Assembly: GCA_958009085.1 (NCBI GenBank)
Contig: OY253689.1
Span: 310,001 to 374,000 of the forward strand
DNA: 64,000 nt
From: Protoeuglena noctilucae
Lineage: Eukaryota
Direction of reading: 5' to 3'
In this document: in pieces, positions 48,988-61,827 of the stretch
Layout of the letters: each line of letters opens with the position of its first letter
Numbering within the stretch: position 1 is the first letter of the stretch
Notes under the pieces: model-generated
Told to the model about the DNA's origin: nothing
The model's database searches: none
What the model saw: the letters and a program-made list of their open reading frames with translations, nothing else
Made by a program: the position numbers and the translations under genes

Positions 48988-49954
48988 TCAGGAGGAAGGG
49001 GAGGAGGAGGAGGAGGACAGCTTCCAGATCCGGTAGGCCGCCCACATGCACGTGCAGTTCCCCAGCAGGGTCAGTGAGCTCTGCGGGCACCCGTCGGACG
49101 TGGCTGCTTTTCAGTGACCGTGCCGGGGTAACTACGGCATGCCCCTGCCACAGCCACAGCTCGCCTGGAGCGCGACGAGGAAGTAGAGGTCGGGGGAGTT
49201 GTAGAAGAAGTGCCACGTGCAAGCCGCCAGGGCCCCACCAAAGCTGGGCAGCATCGCCCAGGTCATGCCGCGGTAGGTGCTGTTCCCCGTCACCTGCGGA
49301 CGCCCAAGTCTCAGCAGAAGCATCAGCGTCATGAAAGCCAGCTCCCTACTTGTTTTACAGCACCACACGGAGTGCACAGCGCCACTTGCCTCAGCGTAGC
49401 GCCACATGAGCCCCATCGCTACCACCCATTCGAGCACGGAGGAGACGTGTATGACCCACGTGGGGAGGGACAGTGCGTTGGCCGGCTCCGGCAGCAGGCC
49501 TGCGGGTGTGCAGAGGGCTCAGACGATCCATGCCGCCCTGCTGAGGGAACAGCCCTCCACGCAGTAGCAATAGCTCGGCCCCGTTAGACAGCCCAACCAG
49601 CGCAGCGGACGTGTCTTACAAGCACACGCGGCCCTTGCCTGCCGCCTGCCCTGGGCCCGCCGCGAGCACCGCAGACAGGAGCGCGACGAGGCCGCCCGAG
49701 ATCGGCTGGGCCAGCGCGATCCGATCAGCCGAGGATCTAGGACCCACATCCTGGCCGTGGGCCCGCGCAGGCTGCCCCGGCAGGTGGTTCAGGCCCTGCG
49801 CGAGCGCCCGTGGCCGCGTGCTCTCCCGCACCGGCGCGCCCCGCCATGTCGACCGATGGGGTCGGCACAGCGCATGCGCGTCTCTGGTCGACGTCAGCGT
49901 CGGTTGATGACGACTTGCGGCAGCGGAAGGGATGGAGGGCGCCGGGAGAGTCAT
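48988..49954 (-). CDS. Ycf49-like (DUF2499) plastid membrane protein
   Basis: EPANALSLPTWVIHVSSVLEWVVAMGLMWRYAE-VTGN..MTWAMLP..ACTWHFFYN..LVALQ-SSLTLLGN..AAYRIW; N-terminal transit-peptide-like region. Confidence 0.9.
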
Positions 49955-50464
49955 CGCGTTGAGGTTTGCCACCACCCCCTGCGCTCCTGGTCCAGAAAGG
50001 GATACAGGCAGGCGCAGTCGTCACGTCGATGGGCGTTTGCAGGCCCGCGATTGCGATGGTGGTCTCTGCCAACGGAGTTTTCCTGCACCCTGGGGGAAAC
50101 CAACCAGTCTGACGATCAAACGCCCACATGGACCCCGCGCTTCCCGAGTGACCCAGGGAAATCACCGTAACCTCCGCTGAGAGTAACGCTGGACGGGTCA
50201 ACGCGTTCTGCTTGGAATCCGCCAATTGCGCCGGCCTGGGAACCCTCTCGCACTGCCAAAGGCCCTCTTTCAAGTGGTTATCTGCGAGTGGTGAGGCTGG
50301 ACCGCTGTGACCCCGCGCAAGGAGCTTGCGTGCCCAAAGGCGTCCTGGGCCCCCGGTTTGTTCACCCCGGCTGCGCTCCTGCGCTCGTTATGCGGAGATT
50401 CGTGCCTCCTCTCCACAGGCAGCGGACGGCGCCTTCACAGGCTGGGAGGAGGCCACGCTGGACG

Positions 50465-50872
50465 ATGTCGGACGAGGGGAAGAGCATGGCCGAGATTGAG
50501 AAGGAGCAGGAGGAGAAGCTGAAAGCCAAGGTGCGCCTCGTGCATCAGCCGTCGCGTCGCCATGACCCGGCTGGCCGGCAGCGGCCGAGAACGCGGGAAA
50601 GAAGGGGCGTTTGCTGCTCTCAGTACGGGGGGCTCAAACCGAAGACCAAGCTCATGCCGAAGGATCATAAGTTCTTCGACAGCGCGGATTGGGCCATGCA
50701 ACAGCAGGACAAGCCCACGAAGCCGGCGGTGAGGACGTTTGACCAGCAGCCCCCTCTGAGCGCGGTCCTTGTGAGGCCATCTTGATCAAGCGACGACGCG
50801 CTCCGCTCCGTCCTTGCGCAGGTCGTGTCGGGACTTGCGAAGGCCGGCCAGGCGGGCAAGGAAGACGCTTAA
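50465..50872 (+). CDS. ENSA: Endosulfine/ARPP19 family protein
   Basis: EEKLKAKYGGLKPK..KFFDSADWAM (FDSADW motif); 3 exons. Confidence 0.9.
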
Positions 50873-51007
50873 GACAGGGAGGGACCATCGAAACGGGCAC
50901 ACGTCCATCACACTGCACGCCTCATCTGTCTTTGGGAAATCGCATGGTTCGGTCCGCGCTCGTTTCAACTGCCACTGTGGCGAGGTCTACCAGGCAGGCT
51001 GCGCCCG

Positions 51008-52859
51008 CTACATCATGTTCTGGTGCCCGATAGCCAGCGCGGTGGTGAGCAGGCCAAACACGAGGAAAGGCTGGGCGGAGGCCTGGTACTTGACGTCGTT
51101 CTCGATCGGATCGGGCAGGAAGAACTGCGTGGAGGTACCATGGGAAGTTGTTAGGGACCATAACAACGTTGCGAGGCCTGCTGCTGTGTCAAATCACACG
51201 CGTTCGGTCATCGTTGCGGCTCTTCGCTCGCCTTGAACTGGAAGAAGATCTGGGGCAGGATGAGGCCGAGGAGCACGGCGGCGTAGACGGGCTCGTTGAG
51301 GCCCTTCCAGAGGTAAGCAGCGACCCCGAGCTGCGTCAGGTCGATCGACGCGGCGCAAATGTACTTGGCCGTGTCGACGCCGAACGCCACCGGCAGGGAC
51401 TGCGAAAACAAGAGCAGGGAGGAGGAGGTGACGCGGGGGAGGTGGGGTCGCCGTGTGGCTGGGCGGCCGTGCTGTGGCGACCAGATTGCGCGGCTGGGCA
51501 ACAAGAGGCATGCACGTGCCTGGAGGCCCATCTGCCGGTCGCCCTCGATGGACTTGAAGTCGTTGACGATGGCGATGCCGAGGCCGGCGATCGAGTAGAG
51601 CACCGTCAGCACCATGACGTCGGGCGACAACGTGCCAAACACCGACTGCGGGACGACGAGGGCCATATGCAGAGTTACACGAGCTTGGCCCGCGAGCTGC
51701 CCCCAGCCGGGCAACCACGCGGCGCGCGCGGTCACCTGCCCCGCCAACCAGGGGAGCGCGATGTACGACGACCCCAGGGCGTAGTTGCCGATCCACCCCG
51801 ACTGCTTCAGCTTGAGCGGGGGCGCCGAGTAGATGTACGAGATGAAGGACCCGAAGACGGCGAGGGCCGTGACCGTGGGGAACTCGTGGCCCTGGGCCCA
51901 GTCCAGGACAGACGCCACGCCGACGCCGGCGGCAAGGAGGACGAGGAACTGGGCCACCACCTCGCCCTCGCTGATCTTCCCGGACGGAATGGGGCGGTAC
52001 GGCTCGTTGATGGCGTCAATCTCGCGATCGTAGTAGTCGTTAATGGTCTGCGTGTACCCCGTGAGCAGCGGCCCGGACATGAGCATGGTCAGCGCAGCAA
52101 TGGCCACGTCGTGCGGGTTCCACTCGTAGTGGCCCGAGGCGGCGGCGCCGCACGCCACGCCCTGCAAGTACGAGCGGAAACGCAACGATGGGGTGGCAGC
52201 CGGCGCGGTGCGGAGGCTTTGCGGGCGGCGGGGCGATGCTTTGCGCACCCAGATGAGGGGGATCCACGTGACGGGCTTCGTGAGCTGCACGCGGATGGCC
52301 CACTTCTCCTCCGATGACACCTCCTGCGCCCCCTTCATCCCCAGCATCTGCGCGTTCCCCTTGACGCCCTGCGGAGGGACGCCCCGGCCTCGTCGCATCA
52401 CCCGCACCGCGCATCCAGCGCGCGCCCGGCCTGTGCGGCCCGCGCCACGGCTCACCAGGAACACCTCCTGCTTCCCCTCCTTCGCCGACCCCACATTCCG
52501 GTTCTGCTGCGTCTGGTTGGCGGCCCCAGCCACCAGCCTCCTCCCTGCAGGCCAGGGGAACCGACTCCCATATCGACGCGCGCGCCGGCCGAGCGCTCGA
52601 GACCGGCGAGGCCCTCCCCATCGCAACCACTTTCGTTGACAATGGCTGGCGGGGCGGCATCGATGGCGCGGAGGCGACGCGCGGCGCGGAACTGGCGGAC
52701 ACTTCGGTTGGCCATCCCGGGAGTTCCCGGGAGCTTGAGCGGAATCGCACGGTCGCTAGCGCCAGTTCTAGTGCTAAAATTTCGGCACGCACCTCTAACG
52801 GCGGGCGCTCGCCCCGCCTGGAGCGGCGCGCCGAGACCCCCCGCGAAGAGGGCCCGCAT
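51008..52859 (-). CDS. CHLG: Chlorophyll synthase
   Basis: QLTKPVTWIPLIWGVACGAAASG, YTQTINDYYDREIDAINEPYRPIPSG, YSAPPLKLKQSGW, NDFKSIEGDR, DVKYQASAQPFL. Confidence 0.97.
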
Positions 52860-53219
52860 GCTCACGGCGCTCGCGTTCTGGGGCGCGGCTGCTTGAATCC
52901 CTGATCAATCGATAACGGTAAAAAAGAGCGCATCCCTTCGCCCTCGAATCTGATCCCCACGCGGGTCCTGGGACTGGGTCATCATGATCCAGTCGGGGCA
53001 TGACCGACTCACAGCCCGCTGACACGGCGTGGCGTCAAGAGAAGCGTGAACCACTGGCCGACTCACTGGCCACACTCGCGAGGCCCCCCGCTCTGCCATG
53101 CGCCGTGCCCTGGCCTACTCACGCCCCGCCCCAGCGTGCTGGGAGGCCCCGGCACCCCGGCTCCAGCGGGGGCAGAGCCCCGCGGCTGGCATGCGCTGGT
53201 TCAACAGTTTTTGACATCG

Positions 53220-55146
53220 CTACGTGCCCCGCTGCGCCACCCGCCCATGGTCCATCTCGTACTCGATCTCCAAGTTGCGCCTCCCCCGGCGCTTCTTCGG
53301 CTCCGGCTCCGCTTTCCTCTTCCCCTCCCCTCGCCCGCGCTTGCTGCCACGACTCACCCCTCCCTTCCCCGCCCCCGGCTCCTGCGGCAGGCGCGGCGCG
53401 CAAAGCACGTTGCATCGCCGGCCCGCGCCCCGCGGTATCCGACCCCCACCATGAGCCCGCCCCTCGCCCTCACCTCCTCCTCCTCTCCCTCCTCCCCCTC
53501 CTCGTCCTCGTCCTCATCGGAGTCCTCCCCATCCACCACAAACCCGTCTGGCAACTCTTCCAAATCCTCCCCTTCCAACTCCGCATCCAAATCCTCGTCC
53601 TCCACATATTCCCACTCCCCTGCGGCCAGAGCACAACGCCATGCCCTTCACTCGCCACCCAGGCCCGCTCGCAACCCCGGGTACCCCACACCGCACCACA
53701 TGCGTGCAACATACGTGCGACGCGCCACACACCCTCGCCGTCGCTGTCGCCCTCCTCATCGCTGCTCTGGTCGTCCCCCTCGATGTACGGATCCACCTCG
53801 CCCTTTTCCAACGCCGCTTCCTCCGCCGCCTCGAACTCCTGTGCGTCATCGGGGCAGTAAGTGTTACACGTGGCTGCATCGCACCGCGCATCACTGCAAG
53901 TCGAAACTCTCCAAGCGCCGCCCTCACCTCTAGGGCCTTGCGATGCTTGTCCACCACCTCCTCCTTGTCCAGAACCTTGTTGTACTGCTGCATGGGGAAG
54001 TTGTAGATGTCGCCGTACGTCCCGCTCTGCAACCTGCGTGTGGCGGGCACGTGCGACAGACGTGGGTGGCTCCAGCTCCCGAGCCAAGCGAGCAGCAGCG
54101 CAGCCTGTGCCCAGAAAAAACGTGGCTCATGCACACGGCCCCCGCTACCGCCCTGCCACCACCCACGCACGCACCGACTGAGCAGCTCCTCTTCGATCGT
54201 CCGCTCGAGGTTCGCCGCCGACTCCGCCTTGGCCTCCCGAATCTTCTCGACGCGCTTCGTCCGCGTCGGCACCGTCACCGTCTTCTCCCTGCTCCTCAGC
54301 GCCAGCCGCCGCATGCGGATGAGGTACTGCGGCCACGCGACCCACGACTCTGCAGTCCTGGACCTTGCCATCAAGCGCCATGCACGAGCAAGGCGGGCCG
54401 CACGCGCACCTGCGTGATCTTCGTGAGCCGCTGCTTGTTCTTATGCACCAGGAACTGGGGCCAGTACTGCAAGTGCTCGTCCACCTGGGCCAAAGCCTTG
54501 GCGTAGTTCTTCGACAAGCGGATGCGCTGCCACAGGCGATTGGGCATGTGCGCGCGCTCGATCGTCTTCATGTACAGATACACGCGGCCGTTCTCCTCCC
54601 TGCATGTATTGATGGCGGGGAGCTGGGTAAAGCGTAACGCACGTGCCAAGCACATGGGCAGGTCCTCATCCCTCGGGCGGGGCGGTGGGAGCGGCACTGG
54701 CGGCGCACCTGATCGTTGCGTACCGCGAGTTGGCCAGAGGGCAGCTGCTGCGGTTGCAGAGGCCCCTGCAGGCACACGACACCAGCGAGTCGAGCCAGCT
54801 GCACCCTGGCACGGCAGGGTCCCTTCCCTGCTCCCCGCAGCCGGCACAAAGCTGACATGAACTCCGAGATTCCACTCACGTGACGTTGTACTCGTTCCGG
54901 CAGAAGTCCTGCGTCCGCGTCTTGGCCCGGAAGCTGCAGTGGCCGTGCGCGATGACCTGCGCAATATGGCGGCGCCAGGAAGCTTCAGCCCCGTAGTACG
55001 TATTCACGACAATCCCCAGATGCCCGGGGCAGGCGCGAGAGTGGCGTGTCGGCCGCGCAAGACGTGCAGTGGCGGCTCACGTGCCGTCGCAGCCTCCCCT
55101 CGCCCGCGCAAAGGCTCACCGACCAAATGATCTCATCGTGCTGCAT
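53220..55146 (-). CDS. MAK16: Ribosome biogenesis protein MAK16
   Basis: [85 protein letters not shown], acidic tail, LEIEYE. Confidence 0.96.
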
Positions 55147-55570
55147 CCTGGTCCCACCGGCGCCCGCCGGAGAGCTCGCGGCGGCGCCGTGCCCCCCTAC
55201 GCGGCCTCCCTTCGCGTTTCGCCCTAAGGGTGCAGAACTCTGGCGTCGTTGCGAGCCAACAACAACCGCGAGGTGACGCTGGGATCTCTAGGCGCTCTTG
55301 AAACACAGAATGGCAGCGTGGATGGCTTCTGCGGCGAAGCTGGTCTCGCTGGCCGACTGGGGAGGGTATTGCCGCTGCCGGAGAACCTGCACGCGCCGCG
55401 ACGCGAGATCATCGGATTAAAAGCATACGTCAGCCATCCTCGCGAGCCTTGTCGACTGAAGGGCGTGTCGCGGCGTCACCGACGAAAAAGACGCGCGCAG
55501 CTCACGTGGGCCCTCCGACGTGGACAAGAGAAGGCTTGCGGACAAGTTTCGGCACCCGAGCGAGCCGGCC

Positions 55571-58008
55571 ATGGGCAGCCAGGGCAGGGGGGGCAACGCG
55601 TCCGCCTCGCACAGCGGGCGGGGGACGCTTGGGGGCGAGGACGACCCGATGAGGCAACCCGGGGGACAGGGATCGAAGGCCGAGCTCGACCAGGCCCAGG
55701 TGACGCCCGCCCCCACGGTTGTCAGCGTCGCTCGCTGCCGGCCCTTCTCGCGGCGGACGGCCGGCCCTCGCGCGGCACGCTCGCATCAGCGGCATACGGT
55801 GGATGTATGTGCTTGCATCGCACGCATCTGTATATCCAAGCGCCGAGAGCGGAGGCGGTGGGCCCCTGCACAGACGGGGCTTGCCGGCCGGATGCCCGCC
55901 TCGCAGCCCTCTCTGCCGCGACGTTCGGTGCTCTTACGTCATCAAGCGTCTCGTTACTTCCCGACAACGCTGCTTTGTCCATGAAGGCCCCTCCGAGGGC
56001 GGCGGGAGGGGCGCGGAAGCGACGCAGCTGGTTGGGCGCCCTCCTGCCCGCAGTACCTCTCGTTGCAGCCCTCCGTGCTGCGTCAGGGGAGCAACGCTAT
56101 TTACACGTTCTCCGGGAGCCCTTCGGAGTCAGGCGAGCGGGCGCTGCGCGGCCGTAGCCCGCGCGATCTCTGTTGCGAGAGTCCAGCCAGCTCACCCCCG
56201 TCGCCGCTGCCGCTTCCCGCAGGCTTCCCGGGGCAGTCGAGTCTTGAGGTCCGCATCCCCAGCGCGACGGACCTAGCGTCGCCCCTCCACCAGCCACAAT
56301 ACCCCTCCGAGGTGCGCAAAGGACCCTGGCGTGCTTGTGTGTCCGTTCGCACCCGCCCATGACGTCATACGGCACTCTACAATGCCGCGTCCCGCACGCG
56401 TCGCGCAGGCCCAGGGTGTCGACCCGCCCCAGAGCCCCGGCATCGCGCCGGAGTCGCACCAGGCGCAGACGACGGGGGGCGGCACCGAGACGGGCAGCCA
56501 GGAGGGAGGGGGTGGCAGGTCGATGCGCAAACGCAACCAGAGGTGCGTGCGCGGCGATCACTTGAGCACGTGTGCCTCCCTCAGGGACAAGTGATACCAG
56601 GTTGACACGCACACGCACGCACCTGACCCAAGGGTGGCTGTCCTGCCTCACCTTAAGAGACTTCTGTCGCCCTCCGCTATCATTACCGTACCCGCGACGC
56701 CCCCCGCTGCACCCCGCTGCACCCCGCTGCACCTCGCAGGAGTTCGTACGGGGGAGGCGGCCTGGAGCCCCCCGTGAAGACGGTGGGCAACGGCCGGTAC
56801 GACTCGAGCCTGGGTTTACTGACGAAAAAGTTCCTGGAGCTCGTCGAGGGCGCGGGGAACGGGACGCTGGACCTGAACAAGGCGGCGGAGAAGCTGGGGG
56901 TCCAGAAGCGGCGCATCTACGGTGAGGCGATGAACCATCCATCCCGACCCAGGCAGGCGCTTGGTGTGGCCCTGGCGTGTGCTCATCGCGACTGCTTGGC
57001 CCCCGTGCGCTCACGCAGACATCACGAACGTGCTGGAGGGCATCGGGATGATCGAGAAGCGCAGTAAGAACAACATCCAGTGGAAGGGGACGGTGGCGGG
57101 GTCTCAGGAGCTGAGAGAGGAGGCGGCGTCCCTGCTCAGGCACCTGCGCCAGATGACGGAGGAAGACGTCGCGGCCGACCAGGCACTGCGGCAGGCGAGG
57201 GACGCGGGTGGCGCTCGGACACCCAGTGGGGCGCGATGGCTGGGGGGCGTGGAGATGCACTCAATAGGGCGAACTGGTCGACATGCCTTGGGTGCTCGCT
57301 TCGCATGCGATCGCTCGCACTCCTTTCTGTCCTCCACCACGGCCAACGTGCTTTGAGCCACCGTGCTTGCGCCTTGCAGGTCCGGGAGTCACTCGAGCGC
57401 GTGACGGAGCAGTACCCGCACCTTCTCTTCGTCACGAACGAGGACATCAAGGGCTTACCCGAGATGCGCGACGAGCTGGTCTTCGCGGTCAAGTACCCGG
57501 ACGGAACACGGGCAGAGTTCTCCGACCCCAACGCCGACGCCGACACCGCGGGGAGGGGGCGCTACTGGGTGCACGTCGTGGCGCCGACGGGGTCGCTAGA
57601 GGTCTTCTCCGTCAACTACGTGAGTCGCAGACCGGGCAGGGGTTGGCAGTGAGAGTGCCAGAGGGTTAGCTGAGGTTGGATAGAGCCAAAGGGCATGTGT
57701 ATGGTCGCTGACAGGACCCCCGGGACTGGTCGCCGCAGGACGAGACGGGGGCGGCGGGGCCGAGCGGGGACAAGGGGAGGGGAGAGGGGGACGGGGTGGA
57801 AGGGGCGGGCAGGGAGGCGCGGGGAGCGGGACCCGGGGCCCCACCGTCGGCGTCCACCACGCCCACCAAGCCGCCCAAGGGCCCCGCGAGTTTGATGAGC
57901 CCGGGGATTATGCGGCTGCAGACGTGCGACGCGGACCCGACCTTTTGGTTCGAGGACACGACCATGCTGGGGCTCGACGACATCCTCATGGACCCCCTGG
58001 GCCCGTAG
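55571..58008 (+). CDS. E2F: E2F transcription factor (N-terminal exons uncertain)
   Basis: [53 protein letters not shown]; marked-box-like [16 protein letters not shown]; acidic/aromatic C-terminus like an Rb-binding motif. Confidence 0.95.
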
Positions 58009-58324
58009 GGCGCGTAGAAGCGCTGATAGTGCAGTTCGCGAGCGCAGAAGAGATTTATTTGAATTGCGCGCTGCTCACTTGCGCGAGAAACGGCTGAAGA
58101 GGGACGAGTCGGACGTGCAGCCCGGCAGCCCGGGCCTGACAGGTCGCGCGGGTCGTTGGTCTCGGCCACTCTCTCGCGCGCTCGGTTGTCGACATCCTCC
58201 CTTAACGCACTGTAGAAGCGACGAGCTGCAGGGCGTTCTCTGGTGCTTCCTGCGCGACGCAAGGCATCTCTGCGCTGCGCCATCCGCATGGCAGCCGCTC
58301 TCAGGTCTGCGCTGCAGCAACCGT

Positions 58325-61225
58325 ATGGGTGAAGGTTTATCGGACGTGCTCGGCCTGGCCAGGCCGCACGGCGCTGGGATGATGCAGCAGGTCTCGGCAG
58401 GCCTGCACGGCGTGCAGGACGGGGTCCAGAAGTTTTTCAGGCGAGTGACACTTGAGTCATCCATCGATGCGCTCTGCCGAGGGTCTCTGCGTCGCGATCG
58501 AGGGAGGCGGACGGGGCCGAGGGTGCGACTGGGGTACGGGGCCCCCGCGCCTCGCGCCGGTCGCGCCCTCGCCCGAGCGCAGGTCGTGCATGTAGTATGC
58601 ACGGTACCTAATCAATGCGATGCGCCCGGGCGGCATCCGCGTTGCGGCGAGCCCCCTGCCCCGCCCTTGTTGCGCGCAGGCGGTTGAGCACGCGCCTGCG
58701 CGCCACGGTGGGCGGAGGCGCGGCCCGCGGGGGAGCGAAGAAGGGCGGCAAGGAGTTCCGCGAGGATGCGGGCATGTCGGAGCTGCATTTCGGCGGCACG
58801 CTGCTCTTCGGCGTCCTCGTCTGGCTCGTGTCGGGTGAGGCGCAGCTCGGGCGCCCCTTTCTCGCCGAATCTCCTTTTGATTCGCCCGCGATGCACGCGC
58901 AACCTCGCCCTCTCTTCTCCGACGCGACTTTCATGCCAAACCAACGACCCCGCGTCCCTCCACTGCCGCTCCGCATCACACATGCCCCGCCAACCTCCCC
59001 GTAAAAAACGAGTTCGCATTTCCCGCGTCGCCTTGACAACCCTTATACTCCGCACCTCGTCGCTGTCCTCGCAGCCCTCCCCGGCGCGCTGCCCCTCTTC
59101 TACCTGGTCTACTGCGCGGTGGCCTTGCCGATGCGCGCCGTCAAGTACGTCCGCATTAAGTGGGGTTTCTTCCTCTTCGACTTCTGCTACCTCGTCAACG
59201 CCGTCTGCATCGTCCACCTCGCGTTCTTCCCCCGGGAGCCCAGGCTGGCTGCCTTCGCCCACATGCTCGCCGATGGTCCCGTGGCAGGGGCCATCATCGT
59301 GTGGAGGACCTCGTGGGTCTTCTCGTCGCCAGAGCACGTCATCTCCGGTGAGCGTGGGATGGAAAGGGGTGGTGTGGGCTGCGGCTGTCTGCTTGGCTCG
59401 GCTTGTAATGATTCACTTGGCTCACCATACCCGTCTCACCCACTCTCAACCCCACTGCCACCCACTCACCCAACTCTCTCTCACCCCGCTCTCACCCCCC
59501 AGTCATGATCCACATGCTCCCCCCCCTCTCACCCACTCACTGTCACCCACCCACCCCTCCTCACCCCTCCCCAGTCATGATCCACATGCTTCCCGGCCTC
59601 GCCCTGATGGCCAACCGCATGGCCGGCGGCCCCAAGGGACTCTGGGAGGCCACCGTGTCCCTCCGGCAGCTCGCGGGTTCAATCCTCGCCGGCGCCCCTT
59701 TGGCGGGCCTCAAGGATTTCCTCTCCCAGTTCTCCTCCCCGCCTCCCCCCGAGACCTGGCACCTGACAGCGACGGACGCGTTTCTGTGGAAGGCAGCTGC
59801 TCCCATTGCCTTTTATGTGGCGTGGCAGGTCGCGTATTGGTTCGTGGTGCAAGTGGCCCTCATCGACCTCTTCCGCAAGAACAAGGCGTACCAGGTGATT
59901 GGTAGATGGAGATGGGTGACCAACTGGGGAGATGCGATGGCGTGATGGGGGGGAGGGGGGCAAGGCCTACCAGGTGACGGGTAGATGGAAATGTGATTCA
60001 TGAATAGTTACATGGATAGATGCATGGATAGATGCATGGAAGATACGACGTGGAGATAGATGGATACATGGAGATCGAGATGTATGGATACGTCGGTTGC
60101 TAGAAGGCAGGGAATGCTGCTAGAGCAAGCGAGGCGTGAGACAGGTGAGATGCATGGAAAGATGGGGGTGGTGGGGTGAGGGAGTTGCGATGGTGTTGAT
60201 GGGGCAAGCGTGCCTGGTCAGCATGTGGGGTGGGGCGAGGGAGGTGGGGCGCATCGTGACGCACTAAAAAGGAGTGTCCCATGAAAGGGTCCTTTCAACG
60301 GACACTTCTTTTCAGTGACGTGCGATGTACCCCACTCACCAACCCCCCCCACACTCCACTCAACCCCTCAGACCCCTCTCCCCCCACTCACCTCCCCCCA
60401 CTCACCCCCTCACTCACCCCACTCACCCCTCACCCCCCTCTCACCCCCCTCACCCCCCCACTCACCCCCAGACTTCCTTCAAGTGGCTGACGGCCCGCAA
60501 GAACTCCTGGGTGATCCGTCAAGTGAACCGCGGCAAGCCCCGAAGGCGCATCGTCATGTTCGGTCTGGTTCAGTTCACCTACACCCTCTTCGCCTATGCG
60601 CTCGTCTATCCCTTGTATCCGTCGTTCTATCGACTCGCGGGGTGGCAGGCAATCAAGGCCGGGTTTGCGCTGTGGTACGGGGCGCAGTACCAATGCGAGG
60701 CGATACCCAAGGTGATGAGGGGAATGTGATGTGCTGTGATGCAGTGACAGCGAGAGAAACGTGCTGTGGCGCACTGCAGTGCGCTTTTCTCAACCCCTTA
60801 CCGCACCCCCCATTCCCAGAAGATCCACCGCCGTGCCTTGGCTGGCTACGACCGTGTCATGGCAGACATCGGCACGCAGGAGCTCAACAGCATGGCCACG
60901 TCCGTCAGCCCCGTGGTGGAGGCGGCGGTGCTGGACGCGGCGTTCGTGCACCCGGGGGAGACGGACGGGTGGTTCGATGCGGATGAGGTGGTGGGGGGGG
61001 AGGTGAGGGGTGGGGGTGTTGTGATGAGTGGGGTGGGGTGTGATGGGTGGGGTGGTGGTGGTTGTGAGGGGTGGTTCGACGCCGAAGAGGTGGGGGGGGT
61101 GGAGGTGAGGGTGGGGAGGAGTAGAGATGAGGTGTTTGATGTGAGTGGACATGTGATTGGATGCCGATGAGGTGGCTGCCGACTGCCTACCATTGCCCTG
61201 TTCCCAGGACGTGAAGACGGAGTGA
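58325..61225 (+). CDS. GPC1: Glycerophosphocholine acyltransferase (Gpc1/DUF2838 family)
   Basis: WGFFLFDFCYLVN, GPVAGAIIVWRTSWVFSS..ISVMIHMLP, YQTSFKWL; several transmembrane segments. Confidence 0.85.
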
Positions 61226-61827
61226 GAGTCCCTTAGAGTCGATCTGTCTGCCAAACGGACCTGGTCACCACCGGAGTGAAGACACGGTGCGTTTTGCAGG
61301 CACCCGCTCTGCAGTGCAGTGCAGTGCAGTGCTGTGCTGTGCTGTGCTCCGCGCCTGCCGTGAGCTCGGCGACGGTTGGCAGCGCCCGACTACCCTAACC
61401 CTCCCTTTTTTCATAAACTGAAACGGAATTGCACCGCCACGGGGCCTTGCGTGGGCCTCCCAACGTCCCACCATGCGGCTCTTGGGGCGAGACTTTGATT
61501 TGGACTTCGCTTTTGCCGACGCTGTCCAGGGGCTGACTATCTTTTGCCCGTACTATCGCCTGGATGACATCGCCTATGCCATGACGCGCCCAACGCAAAC
61601 CCCCTCTCGCTTTCCCACTTGCTTTTTGAACGACTTACTATCGCCTGCCGTTCTCACTCGCTGGCGAAAGCTTATCCACACAGACTCCATGGCGCAAGTG
61701 TCACAATGCCGAAGTCTTCATCACGCAAATGTCGATCACACACCAATCGGGCCAGCTGCTTAGCCCTTCACGCACTCGGCCCGCATCGACTCTGCAATAG
61801 CAGCAACAGCTGCCCAGCCACAGCTGC

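Noticed and set aside
22500..50872. Two PP2A regulators (TIP41, endosulfine) and several plastid genes (CURT1, Ycf49-like, CHLG) in one window
   Set aside because: Interspersed with unrelated housekeeping genes; no evidence of a functional cluster.
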